Positions 1 through 9,153 of a DNA stretch of 48,356 nt are shown one piece after another. Within the stretch, counting starts at the first letter, position 1. Each line of letters begins with the position of its first letter. The notes under the pieces are model-generated. The model worked only from the letters and a program-made list of their open reading frames with translations. It was not told where the DNA came from and did not search any database. The translations under genes were made by a program, and so were the position numbers. Source of the stretch: Patescibacteria group bacterium (GTDB taxonomy: Bacteria; Patescibacteriota; WWE3; JAMCXX01; JBBTUG01); contig JBBTUG010000026.1 of the NCBI GenBank assembly GCA_038063895.1, positions 1 through 48,356 on the forward strand, given 5' to 3'.

Positions 1-1129
1 GACGTTTCTGCTTTTCGAATACCTCAGCTGAGCATAAGAGTGAAACCACCTTTTCCGCCAGCTTATCCTTTTCTCCCAACTTAACCCTTACCACAGCTTC
101 TTTAAACACTGTATAAGCGGGCAAATCATAGGCCACGACGGGCAACCCGCAAGCTAAAGCTTCCAAAACGGCAATGCCCCACCCCTCCTCATGCGAAGGC
201 GAGAGTAAAATCCTGGCCGTTTTCATCGTTTTATACAACTCGGATTGATTAACCACTCCGGCGAGGATAATAGAGTCGCTCAATCCTGCCTCTTTAATCC
301 GGTTCTCCAACTCCTTCTTGTATTTTTCCATTCCGCCGCCAATGACTAATAGTTTTGCCTCAGAAAGGTGCTGGCGGACTTTTTGCCAAACCGGAACTAT
401 ATCAAAAATTCCTTTACTCGGCCGGAATCCCCCGAGAAAACAGGCTTCATAGAATTTTTCTGTTTCAGGCGCTTTGGCTATTTCTTCAATATTTACGCCG
501 TTTTTAAAACTAAAAATCCTATTCTGACTCACTCCAAGATTACTCATTACTTTCCGAATCTTCTCCCCCTCCTGCGTTTTCGGAACGAATATCCGATCCG
601 CCGCCGTTCTTAAAAAATAAAAACCGGCTCTTTGGGCAATAAAAAGAGCCAGGTTAGAAAACGAGAAACCGCCGCGGGAAAGAGGGTTGGGAATCCAATG
701 GTGAACGATTCCTACCAATTTAGCTTTACGGAATTTTAGTTTGAGGAAAAGAGCCGGCAGAATATCGAAGAACATATCAGAGGTCGGGTAAATTATAAGT
801 TCGTAGTTGGTAGCTGGTAGTTTGTAGACCAGGAACAAATCAGCGAGGATAGAGTAGAAATAGGCTAGAACCCGGCCCAAAACGCCATTTTCAAGAGCTT
901 TCGGCCAAAAACTAGGACGGACAATTTCAATGACTTTGGCCGGCCAACTCCATTTTTCCAGAATTACCCGACCTGCATCGGTGGTCAGAACCGTAACCGC
1001 AACCCCCGATTCTTCCAGGTAACGACCAACTTCCAGCGCCCTCTTATCCGCACCCCCAATCGGCATTCCGGAGGAAAAGCCTAATCCATTGAGAACATAA
1101 ACTAGGTTAAAATTTGATTGGATGGTCAT
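1..1129 (-). CDS. Glycosyltransferase family 4 (GT-B), 3'-truncated by the window edge
   Basis: Not in the ORF track because it has no stop in the window. Segments translated by hand from ATG 1129 (ATGA overlap with the upstream stop) give MTIQSNFNLVYVLNGLGFSSGMPIGGADKRALEVG and, in the same frame, LLSPSHEEGWGIAVLEALACGLPVV, the GT4 EX7E motif. Confidence 0.88.
   Translation of the reverse strand, partial: MTIQSNFNLVYVLNGLGFSSGMPIGGADKRALEVGRYLEESGVAVTVLTTDAGRVILEKWSWPAKVIEIVRPSFWPKALENGVLGRVLAYFYSILADLFLVYKLPATNYELIIYPTSDMFFDILPALFLKLKFRKAKLVGIVHHWIPNPLSRGGFSFSNLALFIAQRAGFYFLRTAADRIFVPKTQEGEKIRKVMSNLGVSQNRIFSFKNGVNIEEIAKAPETEKFYEACFLGGFRPSKGIFDIVPVWQKVRQHLSEAKLLVIGGGMEKYKKELENRIKEAGLSDSIILAGVVNQSELYKTMKTARILLSPSHEEGWGIAVLEALACGLPVVAYDLPAYTVFKEAVVRVKLGEKDKLAEKVVSLLCSAEVFEKQKR
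796..827. repeat. Degenerate 7-nt tandem repeat inside the GT4 CDS
   Basis: taagttc-gtagttg-gtagctg-gtagttt-gtag; encodes VYKLPATNYEL on the minus strand. Confidence 0.55.
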
Positions 1130-2253
1130 CTTTGAATCACCACTTTCCGACACTCATCTTCATAACCAGAGAGAATTTTTCCGCGGTCATAATCCTTGGA
1201 TGCACGATTAAAACCTTTCTCGCGTAACTGCTGCTGCCATTCCGGATTGTTCGCTAAGTCAACAATTGCCGAGGCCAGCTGCTCAGGACTTTTCGGATCA
1301 ACAATAATCCCGCAATCACCGACCACTTCAGGCACGGCCCCGACGTTAGTTGAAATAATCGGCAGCCGGGAAGCCATCGCCTCGAGAAAAACAATCCCGA
1401 ACCCTTCATACAGCGTCGGTAAAACAAAAATGTCGCCGATTCGATAGTATTTTACCAGGTCAGCCTCCGATACTCGGCCGACGAACATCACTGTTTTCTC
1501 TAAATCTAACTCCTTTACCAGTTCTTTCAAGGCTAACGCGTTTATACCCTCACCGACAATTATAAATTTTATCGCTGAAACGGATTGACTAATGATTTTC
1601 GCGGCATTAATTAGGGTCGGCAGATCCTTTCTCGGTTCCAGCCGGCAAACGGTTAAGCACAACGTCTCGGAGTCCATAGCAAAGCGGCGCCTGAGGTTAA
1701 GATCCCGAGGCGCCCCCGACCACCTCTGTAAATCAATGCCGATGGGCTTAAGGATCGGCCGGTAACCGTAATCTTTAAAACACAGGTCCTGATCAAAACG
1801 CGAAATGCAAAAGGCTTTATTGGCCCGGCCTGCTTCTTTGGCTTCCCGTTTTGTATAACCCTCAAGAACGAAAACGTAAGGGGTTCCGGTCAGACGCCGG
1901 AAAATTCTGGCAACGACGGCTTCGGTATAGAAATGGACAGAGATGAGGTCAAAACGGCGTCGAAAAATACAGTGCGACACCAGTAACCAAGTCAGCGTCT
2001 GCAGCATAAAAAACAGGGTATAAAGGTAAAGTCGGGGATCACGGATATCGTAAGAGTATTCCGACTCGCCGGGAAACTTCCTTAAATAGCATTTCTTTAT
2101 CTTAGGCACGAACTCGTCGACCGATTTGCCTTTTAGGGTCAGAAGACTGACCTCGTGCCCCCTACCTGCCAGATATTCAGACAGCAGCTTAATTTCGGTT
2201 TCGGTCCCGCCTTCGTGAAGACCCACCCAGCGGTGGAAAAATAGGATTCTCAT
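1126..2253 (-). CDS. Glycosyltransferase family 4
   Basis: N-terminal GGTETE, VCRLEPRKD, and FVLPTLYEGFGIVFLEAMASRLPII motifs. Confidence 0.93.
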   Translation of the reverse strand: MRILFFHRWVGLHEGGTETEIKLLSEYLAGRGHEVSLLTLKGKSVDEFVPKIKKCYLRKFPGESEYSYDIRDPRLYLYTLFFMLQTLTWLLVSHCIFRRRFDLISVHFYTEAVVARIFRRLTGTPYVFVLEGYTKREAKEAGRANKAFCISRFDQDLCFKDYGYRPILKPIGIDLQRWSGAPRDLNLRRRFAMDSETLCLTVCRLEPRKDLPTLINAAKIISQSVSAIKFIIVGEGINALALKELVKELDLEKTVMFVGRVSEADLVKYYRIGDIFVLPTLYEGFGIVFLEAMASRLPIISTNVGAVPEVVGDCGIIVDPKSPEQLASAIVDLANNPEWQQQLREKGFNRASKDYDRGKILSGYEDECRKVVIQR

Positions 2254-3014
2254 CTTTTCTCACCCCTTAAATAATAAACCGCCGGCAGGTATTTAAGTAT
2301 CGACAGCTTACCAAAAAAACGGTTGAGTTTAGAAGTCAGATGAAACGTTTTATCCGGAGAGATAAACGGAAAGTAATCAGCGGAAAAAAGAGCAATATTC
2401 CTTAGGCCACTCGACTTGAAGATTTTCTGCATCTTCACCGGTGAGGTATTAAGCAAGCCCCGCTCGATCGGCCACTTGAATTTCGGGTCGAACAAGGGGC
2501 AAAGATACCACCAGAAATGGAGGGGATTAGGCTCATATATTACTACCCTGCCCCCGGGTTTTGTTAAGTTAACCATGTTACTTACCGTCTTTTCAATATC
2601 CAAAACGTGATGCAGGAGATTGTACCCAAAGACCAGATCAAACTGCCGCTGATAAAGCTTTCCGGAAAGGTCTTCCTGAACATCTCCTTTAATGAGGTCT
2701 ATATTTGCGGATAACTGGTTTTTATCAGAAAGAGTATTCAATAAATCCAGGGATCCTTGGGAGATATCGACACCGGTTACCCTGTGGCCTAATTTCGCGA
2801 GTCTCAGTAACCACTCCCCCCACCCACAACCGAGTTCCAATACAGTTTCTTCCGGTTTTAGTTGCAGAAAATTAATAAACTGTCTTGCCGATTCTTTGGA
2901 AGCTGCGCTTTCGTGAGCAAGATCGTATAAACCATATTGCTGAGAAAAAGAATCAAAAAAATCTTCCTGCATTTTAGCCCAGTCATCCGTTCGAGTCATT
3001 ATATTAATTGCCAT
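2250..3014 (-). CDS. Class I SAM-dependent methyltransferase
   Basis: VLELGCGWG motif I, VTGVDIS, LLHHV and KPGGRVVIYEPN. Start is uncertain (3032, 3014 or 2999). Confidence 0.88.
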   Translation of the reverse strand: MAINIMTRTDDWAKMQEDFFDSFSQQYGLYDLAHESAASKESARQFINFLQLKPEETVLELGCGWGEWLLRLAKLGHRVTGVDISQGSLDLLNTLSDKNQLSANIDLIKGDVQEDLSGKLYQRQFDLVFGYNLLHHVLDIEKTVSNMVNLTKPGGRVVIYEPNPLHFWWYLCPLFDPKFKWPIERGLLNTSPVKMQKIFKSSGLRNIALFSADYFPFISPDKTFHLTSKLNRFFGKLSILKYLPAVYYLRGEKR

Positions 3015-4146
3015 TATTGATAATGCTTCCATAAACTACAGCAGTTTCTTTCGCGTTTCTCTCCCAGGAGAATTTCTCTGATTGGGAAAGTCCGGCGCTA
3101 ATCAGTCCTGTCTTTTCTGTTTCGGAAAGAGACAGGATCTTCCGGGCGTTATTCACCCAACCGTTCAAATCGTTCGGACTTGCGTAAAAAGCTGCTGTAC
3201 CCCCAATCTCAGACAAAGGACCAACATCAGACGCAACCGCCGGCAAACCGCAACTGAGAGCCTCGAGAAGCGGAAAACCGAAGCCTTCGTCGAGGGAAGG
3301 CATCAGCAGTAAATCCGCGGCTCGGTAGAAATCCGGCATTTGCGCCTCTTTTACATTGCCAAAGTAAGTAACCTGCTGGGCTAAGCCTAGGTCATTAATC
3401 AGTTTTCCGATCAATTCGGTTTTCTCTCCGACCCTGATCAGATGAAAATCGATCCCCTCTTTCAATAACGCCGCGGCGGCCTTCAACAGCATCGGAATAT
3501 TTTTCCTCTTTGTTTCCGCCCCGACATTCAACAAGATTTTCTTGTCTTGTGGCAAACCTAACCGATAGCGGGCCTCTTCCCGGTTGCCTGGTTTATAAAG
3601 AGTATGATCAACACCGTTGTGGATGGTTACGGCCTTTTCCTCCGGCAAACCGAATTTTTTTAATACTTCGCGACGGGTCCAGTCGCTAACACAAATAATT
3701 TTCTTGGCGCGGGGAAGGGCGTTGAGACTAATCCTTAAAAGTTTATCGTAAATCAAAGAGCTCAAAGATGTGCTCATTTCTGTTTCGTACTTAAACTGAA
3801 GAAGATCGTGAACGGTGATCACGATGGGTTTAAGGAAATACAGGTAATTTCCCAGCATATGATTTCCGATGTGATAAAGATCGTACCCGCGCGGGATCCG
3901 CAGCGGATCAACAAAATAGATCATTAAGCGGGACAGATTTTCGTGCTGTTTATAAGGAAAGTGGTGCAGGAATGTTACTCCGCTGTTCTCCGGCAGCGCC
4001 AGATCAATCGATTCGAGGTAATGAGTACAATAGAGATCCGCGTTAACATTCAATTCAGGACTGTTTTGGAATTGATGAAAAAGAGAATAGGGTACCCGGC
4101 CGGTGCCGGAGTAAGGCGGAAAATTATTAACTAGAGCTATTTTCAT
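3004..4146 (-). CDS. Glycosyltransferase family 4 (MtfB/WbaZ-like)
   Basis: ITVHDL, CVSDWTR, RKNIP and MPSLDEGFGFPLLEALSCGLP. MKIALV at 4146 is the more likely start. Confidence 0.92.
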   Translation of the reverse strand: MKIALVNNFPPYSGTGRVPYSLFHQFQNSPELNVNADLYCTHYLESIDLALPENSGVTFLHHFPYKQHENLSRLMIYFVDPLRIPRGYDLYHIGNHMLGNYLYFLKPIVITVHDLLQFKYETEMSTSLSSLIYDKLLRISLNALPRAKKIICVSDWTRREVLKKFGLPEEKAVTIHNGVDHTLYKPGNREEARYRLGLPQDKKILLNVGAETKRKNIPMLLKAAAALLKEGIDFHLIRVGEKTELIGKLINDLGLAQQVTYFGNVKEAQMPDFYRAADLLLMPSLDEGFGFPLLEALSCGLPAVASDVGPLSEIGGTAAFYASPNDLNGWVNNARKILSLSETEKTGLISAGLSQSEKFSWERNAKETAVVYGSIINNGN

Positions 4147-7039
4147 GTGTATTGACCTCCCGATTAACATTTCGCCAGGAAATAACTACGCCGCCCCAAG
4201 ACAGGAAAGTGATAAGAATCAAGAGGTTCCGAACTGTTTGACGCTTATCCCCGTCCGGCGGATAAAGACCCGCTTTTACCAGATCAACTCTCTGGTGATT
4301 AAAAAGTGTATTCTCATAAATTTGAAAGCCTCCCACCTCGCCAACAAAACGCAGCTCGGGCACGTCACCGACTATCCGTTCCCAGTCCCCCCAAACTCCC
4401 AACAGCCATGGAGTTTGATAATCATAGCGGTAAAGCGCCCGACCGGTTTCCTTCGACTTGGTATTCAGGATTACGTACTTTACCCCGGCTTCAGCAAGAG
4501 CCCCCGCTATCTCGTTAAACTTTTCCGCCGTAATTCCTTGATAGACGTTAACAATATTTTCGAGGTATTTGGATTGAGTGTAGGCGCCGTAGTTGATTGG
4601 GACGGCGTAAGCGTAGGGGTCAAGCCAGTAAAGTTTCACTTCGGTCTCCTCGTGATTCCACGGCAACCACAAGGTCCGGAAGGGCCCGTCTTTCTTTTGT
4701 TGTTCCGCCAGCCACTTCCCGATTTGCCGGTAACGGGAAGATATCACTGCTGAGCTTCCCCGGTTTCTGCCCATTGTAAAATCACCGGAAAAGAACGGAC
4801 GATAATAATACGCCAAGCCCAATAAAAGAATAGCGAATCCTAAATAATATAATCCGTACCGAAATCGTTTTATCTTAATAAATATGCCGGTTTCAATTAG
4901 CCTCCGGGCGCCGTCAATTGTGAGTGCCGAAAGAAAAGCGTAATTCAGCGTTAAGAAAAGCCAGGGACGGGAGGGGTTGCGGAAACGGAAGAGGAAGGGA
5001 AAACGTAAAAATAGATCATTGAGATTTTCACGGGCGTTATCAAGAAAATAAAGAGTAATTACTGCCAGAAGCGAAAGGCTGAGTCCACTCAGAAACCGTG
5101 GTCGTTTCCAATTTGCCGGAAAGAAAATCCAACCGAAAGCTGTTAACGGTAGAATCGTTCCCAGCCTTTCCCACCAAACACTCGTGCCGAAAATATTTTG
5201 GTAGTAAAAAGAACCGACCCGCAAAGCGCTGCCCGTCGTGACGTGGTTATAGGTATCGTGCACGTTTTGGAAAAGGAATTTAAGGACATCCGGCCGAAGG
5301 CCGCCGGAGAAAAAAGGCAGGGCGAGGGACGCGTAGTAAAAGGTATGGAAAAGCGTCAACAGAATGACAAGCAGTGCCGAGGAAAGCCAAAAGATTAAAA
5401 CGGACTTCAGGCGGCCGCGGATAATCAGCAGTAACGCGGACAGTAATGCAAAAGGGAAAAGAAAAATAAAGACGTGATCGGATAAAAGATAGGCGGCGGA
5501 AAGAAGGACAGAAAACTTTACCCAAATTCGAGGATTAAAACGGCCGGAGAGATAAAATTCATAAAGATATAAAAGAAGCAGCGGAAAAATTGCCTGAACG
5601 TAAAGACTGCCCTCGAAACCGCCTGTCGTCTCACCAACCGCCACGAGGTTAGCGCTATAAAGAAAAGCGGCGAAAAACTTCGAAGTTCTGGAGAGCGAAA
5701 ATTTCCCTATAACGTAGTAGAGAGAAATAAATGACAGCGGAATCGGGAGCCAGTGGAAGAGCCATTGGGCGGCGACGGCGTGCCCGGCTAGAAGAGTAAT
5801 CAACACCCCTTCAAAAAAAGTTAGGCTGGAAAGAACGGGGATTTGCGGCAGGGAAATTCCCGGGGAACGGGGATCCCAGGCGGCGAAAAAAGTCCGGAAA
5901 GCCGCCTCCGCGGTAAAGGGGAATGGCGTCGCGTCGCCATAGGCGAGCATTCCCGATAAATGTATGTTACGGAAAGCTTGGGCCATCAACAGGATAAAAC
6001 CGCCAATTACCGCCAGGGTTTTAATCAGCTCGTTCCGCTCCGGAGTGGAAGTTAAAAAGAAGTCGCGGATGCCGATCGCAAAGCCGGTTAGACCATTTAG
6101 TTGTTTCTTATTTTTAGTTTGCCAGGCTTTAAAAATCCAATAAGTTAAGAAAACACATAAGTTAATCTTGAGACCGATCCAACCGCGAAGGCTTTTCGGA
6201 CGAACATCTTTAAGGTAATAAAAGGCGGTGTCCCGCCCCATTATCTCCGGATACCGGGTTGGCCCGAAGCGCATGTGATGCAGAACCTTAACGCCCGGGT
6301 GGAAGACTAATTTCCAACCGGCTTTGTTCAAACGGATGAAAAGATCGCCGTCAGCGTGGTTAAAATAAAAATGTTCATCGAAGCCATTGATCGATTCCAT
6401 CGCCGCCCGCTTTACGCCCATATTGCCGGAGGTCAGAAGATCAATCTCAATCGGCTCTTTAATCTCCGGCAGCGGAATCCCCGCCCCCATCGTAAAGGCC
6501 CCCGACTCCGGCCAATGGCCCGGCGCGAAGGTCTTATCCTCCATTACAAAATATTCGTAGAGCCGAAGGACAACCCTCGTCAATAACTTCTTTTTCATCA
6601 GGTCGTAGAGTGCAAACATCTCTCCGGGCGGCTGGGTTGTTGACAGCGTCGGCCCGGAAACCCCGCCACACTTTTGATTATCCACAAGATAACTTACGAT
6701 GTGTTGGAGCCAGTCTTTATCCGGCTCGGTATCGTCAGCGGCATAAGCAAAGATTTCCGCGGCGTCAGAGGCGTTTTTCCAGCCGACATTGAAAAGATAC
6801 GACAGTTTTTTCGTCCCATCCTCCACAACTCGAAATTTGAGATTTAAGATTTGATATTTGATTTTCATTTCCGCCAGCTGCTGGCGGGACTCAGCTCCAA
6901 CTCCGTTGTTGACGACGACAACCTCAAAGTTCCGATAGCTCTGATTTAACACTGCTTCCAGACAGCGGCGTAGGTCCTCGGGCCGGTCGACGGTATTAAC
7001 AATCACGGAAACAAGTGGCTTAGCGGATAATGTCTTCAT
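4127..7039 (-). CDS. GT2 (GT-A) domain fused to a polytopic GT-C/YfhO/AftD-like membrane domain
   Basis: N-terminal VSVIVNTVDR..YAADD..GFDEHFY..ADGDL, followed by more than 10 hydrophobic segments with GDATPFP..W, FRFRNPSR, GVKYVILN and a C-terminal TM anchor. Confidence 0.8.
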   Translation of the reverse strand: MKTLSAKPLVSVIVNTVDRPEDLRRCLEAVLNQSYRNFEVVVVNNGVGAESRQQLAEMKIKYQILNLKFRVVEDGTKKLSYLFNVGWKNASDAAEIFAYAADDTEPDKDWLQHIVSYLVDNQKCGGVSGPTLSTTQPPGEMFALYDLMKKKLLTRVVLRLYEYFVMEDKTFAPGHWPESGAFTMGAGIPLPEIKEPIEIDLLTSGNMGVKRAAMESINGFDEHFYFNHADGDLFIRLNKAGWKLVFHPGVKVLHHMRFGPTRYPEIMGRDTAFYYLKDVRPKSLRGWIGLKINLCVFLTYWIFKAWQTKNKKQLNGLTGFAIGIRDFFLTSTPERNELIKTLAVIGGFILLMAQAFRNIHLSGMLAYGDATPFPFTAEAAFRTFFAAWDPRSPGISLPQIPVLSSLTFFEGVLITLLAGHAVAAQWLFHWLPIPLSFISLYYVIGKFSLSRTSKFFAAFLYSANLVAVGETTGGFEGSLYVQAIFPLLLLYLYEFYLSGRFNPRIWVKFSVLLSAAYLLSDHVFIFLFPFALLSALLLIIRGRLKSVLIFWLSSALLVILLTLFHTFYYASLALPFFSGGLRPDVLKFLFQNVHDTYNHVTTGSALRVGSFYYQNIFGTSVWWERLGTILPLTAFGWIFFPANWKRPRFLSGLSLSLLAVITLYFLDNARENLNDLFLRFPFLFRFRNPSRPWLFLTLNYAFLSALTIDGARRLIETGIFIKIKRFRYGLYYLGFAILLLGLAYYYRPFFSGDFTMGRNRGSSAVISSRYRQIGKWLAEQQKKDGPFRTLWLPWNHEETEVKLYWLDPYAYAVPINYGAYTQSKYLENIVNVYQGITAEKFNEIAGALAEAGVKYVILNTKSKETGRALYRYDYQTPWLLGVWGDWERIVGDVPELRFVGEVGGFQIYENTLFNHQRVDLVKAGLYPPDGDKRQTVRNLLILITFLSWGGVVISWRNVNREVNTHENSSS
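6834..6861. repeat. Degenerate 7-nt tandem repeat inside the GT2 domain
   Basis: aatttga-gatttaa-gatttga-tatttga; encodes part of IKYQILNLKF. Confidence 0.5.
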
Positions 7040-8201
7040 AAATCTTTAGTGTTCTTTCGGCAATTGAATTCCAACCCCGCTTAAGATGCATCTTTTTCAT
7101 CCCCTCACCAAGCCTAATCAGTAAATTTTCATCGGTCGCGAGCTTTTGGATTTTCTCGGCGAGGTCAGTAACGTTGCCCGGTAAACTTTGCAGCCCGTTT
7201 TCCCCGTCGGTTATCTCCTCAGCATAGACGCCAACCCGGCTGACGATTACCGGTTTTTCATGCGCGATAACCTGGGCGAGCGGGCCTGAGGCTGCAATCG
7301 AGTAAGTTGCCGGTAGAACTACAAAAAGACAATGATCCAACAGATACCGGAGTTCAGTCTGAGAAATAAAACCGGTAATTACCACGGTAGAAGATAAACC
7401 CAGCTCGGTGACCAGTTGTTTCAGCTTATCGTCATAGTCTTTCTGCAGAGCGCCCCCGGCGATAACCAGTTTAACCGACCCCTCCTTGGCAGCCGGAGTA
7501 GTGGAAAAGGCTTTCAGTAACCCCTCTAACCCTTTCCGCCGGTGCAGGTAACCGAAGTACAATAAGTACCGACCGGAAGCAATTCCCCCGAGCCAAACAG
7601 AACTTGGACTCAACTCAACCGGGTGGTCAACTCTCTCCGGAACCCCGTGCGGAACCACCAAAATCTTTTCTCCCGGACAGTGGTAATTTTCAATCAGCGT
7701 CTTTTTCAATATATCGGCGTGGACAATCACCCGATCCGAAAACATGGCAATCACCCAATTCAGCAGGAAGAAATACAGTTTCACCGGAAAAATAAGGATC
7801 GCCTTCTGCGGCCAGACGAAAGTCTCTAAAAAACGCAGGTCAATCTCCGCCGGTTTAACCACAGCGTGAATCGTGGTCACAATTTTAAATCCGAAAAGTT
7901 TTAAAAGAATAGGAACCAGGGGAAAAAGCGAGGCGTTTATCGGCCCGCCAAACATCCCAACCTCGTGGTGCAGGTGGACAACATCCGGCCGGTCCCGGAA
8001 GGCCTGGCGCAAAATATGGAAGGGATATAGACGGTCGCCGGGGGACCATAACAGGTAGACGCACTTTAAACCAACCTCAAGATTTTGGGGTTTGCGGTCG
8101 GCGTAAACCCGGACGTCAACCCTTAGGTCCTGAAGTGCGAGCGCCAAATAGCGGAAATAGTTGGTATCCGGCTGGAGAGTTGAAACAAAGGCTATTTTCA
8201 C
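7020..8201 (-). CDS. Glycosyltransferase family 4
   Basis: PDVVHLHHE, TTIH, VPHG, YFGYLHRRKGLE and VVLPATYSIAASG. GTG start. Confidence 0.9.
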   Translation of the reverse strand: MKIAFVSTLQPDTNYFRYLALALQDLRVDVRVYADRKPQNLEVGLKCVYLLWSPGDRLYPFHILRQAFRDRPDVVHLHHEVGMFGGPINASLFPLVPILLKLFGFKIVTTIHAVVKPAEIDLRFLETFVWPQKAILIFPVKLYFFLLNWVIAMFSDRVIVHADILKKTLIENYHCPGEKILVVPHGVPERVDHPVELSPSSVWLGGIASGRYLLYFGYLHRRKGLEGLLKAFSTTPAAKEGSVKLVIAGGALQKDYDDKLKQLVTELGLSSTVVITGFISQTELRYLLDHCLFVVLPATYSIAASGPLAQVIAHEKPVIVSRVGVYAEEITDGENGLQSLPGNVTDLAEKIQKLATDENLLIRLGEGMKKMHLKRGWNSIAERTLKIYEDIIR

Positions 8202-8205
8202 TGAC

Positions 8206-9153
8206 TTATTTTAACATACCGCTTTCGGAATTTTTTAACAGGAAGAGCATAAGGGCTTTCTGGGCATGAAGACGGTTTTCGGCCTGGTCAAAAACAACTG
8301 ATTGGGGCCCGTCGATAACTTCCGCACTGACTTCATTACCGCGGTAAGCCGGAAGGTCGTGCATAAAGATGGCGTCTTTTTTTGACAAATGCATCAGCGG
8401 GCCGTCAACAGTGTAGCCTCTGAAGATTTTTAGCCTTTTTTCTTTCTCACGCTCATCCCCCATTGAAATCCAGGTATCGGTATAAACTACATCGGCATCT
8501 CCGACGGCCTCCCGGGGCTCCCTGATCTCAATTATTTTCCCGCCCGATTTTCGGCAAAGTTCTTCCGCTTTTCGGGAAATATCGGAGTCCAGCAAAAAGC
8601 CTTTGGGACTGGCCACCCTTAACTCCATTCCCAGCAGCCCTGAAGCCAGAGCCAAGGAGTGCGTAACATTATTTTCCCCGTCTCCTACAAAAGCCAGCTT
8701 CAGGCCTTTGAATCTCTTTTTCTTTTCCAGGATAGTCATAAGATCGGCAAGAGTTTGGCAAGGGTGTTCGAGATCGGAAAGAGCGTTAATAACCGGAACT
8801 TTTGCGTATTTGACCATCTCCAATAAAACCCGGTGGTCAAAAACACGGGCCATAACCATACTCGCGACCCGTTCCAAAGTCCGCGTTACGTCAGCCACGC
8901 TTTCGCGTTTGCCCATCTGAATATCGTTTGGGCCAAGATAAATAGCATGCCCGCCCAACTCAAAAAAGCCGGCCTCAAAAGAAATTCTGGTCCGAAGCGA
9001 CGGCTTTTCAAAAATCATCGCCAGAACCCGGCCTTTAAAGTCGTGGCGGGACTTCCCGTGAGCGCGTTCTTTCTTTAAGAGAACTCCTGAAGCCAAAACT
9101 TTCTGGAGTTCCGTTTTGGTCAAATCCGATATCGATAAAAAATGTCGTATCAT
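8206..9153 (-). CDS. argF: Ornithine carbamoyltransferase (variant HDLP motif)
   Basis: FEKPSLRTR, HPCQTLAD, GDGENNV, YTDTWISMG (SMG loop), FMHDLP and QAENRLH. Confidence 0.92.
   Translation of the reverse strand: MIRHFLSISDLTKTELQKVLASGVLLKKERAHGKSRHDFKGRVLAMIFEKPSLRTRISFEAGFFELGGHAIYLGPNDIQMGKRESVADVTRTLERVASMVMARVFDHRVLLEMVKYAKVPVINALSDLEHPCQTLADLMTILEKKKRFKGLKLAFVGDGENNVTHSLALASGLLGMELRVASPKGFLLDSDISRKAEELCRKSGGKIIEIREPREAVGDADVVYTDTWISMGDEREKEKRLKIFRGYTVDGPLMHLSKKDAIFMHDLPAYRGNEVSAEVIDGPQSVVFDQAENRLHAQKALMLFLLKNSESGMLK
8208..8216 (-). promoter_or_regulatory. Putative extended -10 promoter (TGtTAAAAT) 6 nt before the GTG at 8201
   Basis: Minus strand reads TG-t-TAAAAT-aagtca-GTG, inside the 3' end of argF. 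No SD is visible. Confidence 0.5.

Noticed and set aside
368-613. 81-aa plus-strand ORF
   Set aside because: Antisense shadow of the truncated minus-strand GT4 (1-1129).
4145-4753. 202-aa plus-strand ORF
   Set aside because: Entirely antisense to the 970-aa fusion gene, with no recognisable motifs.
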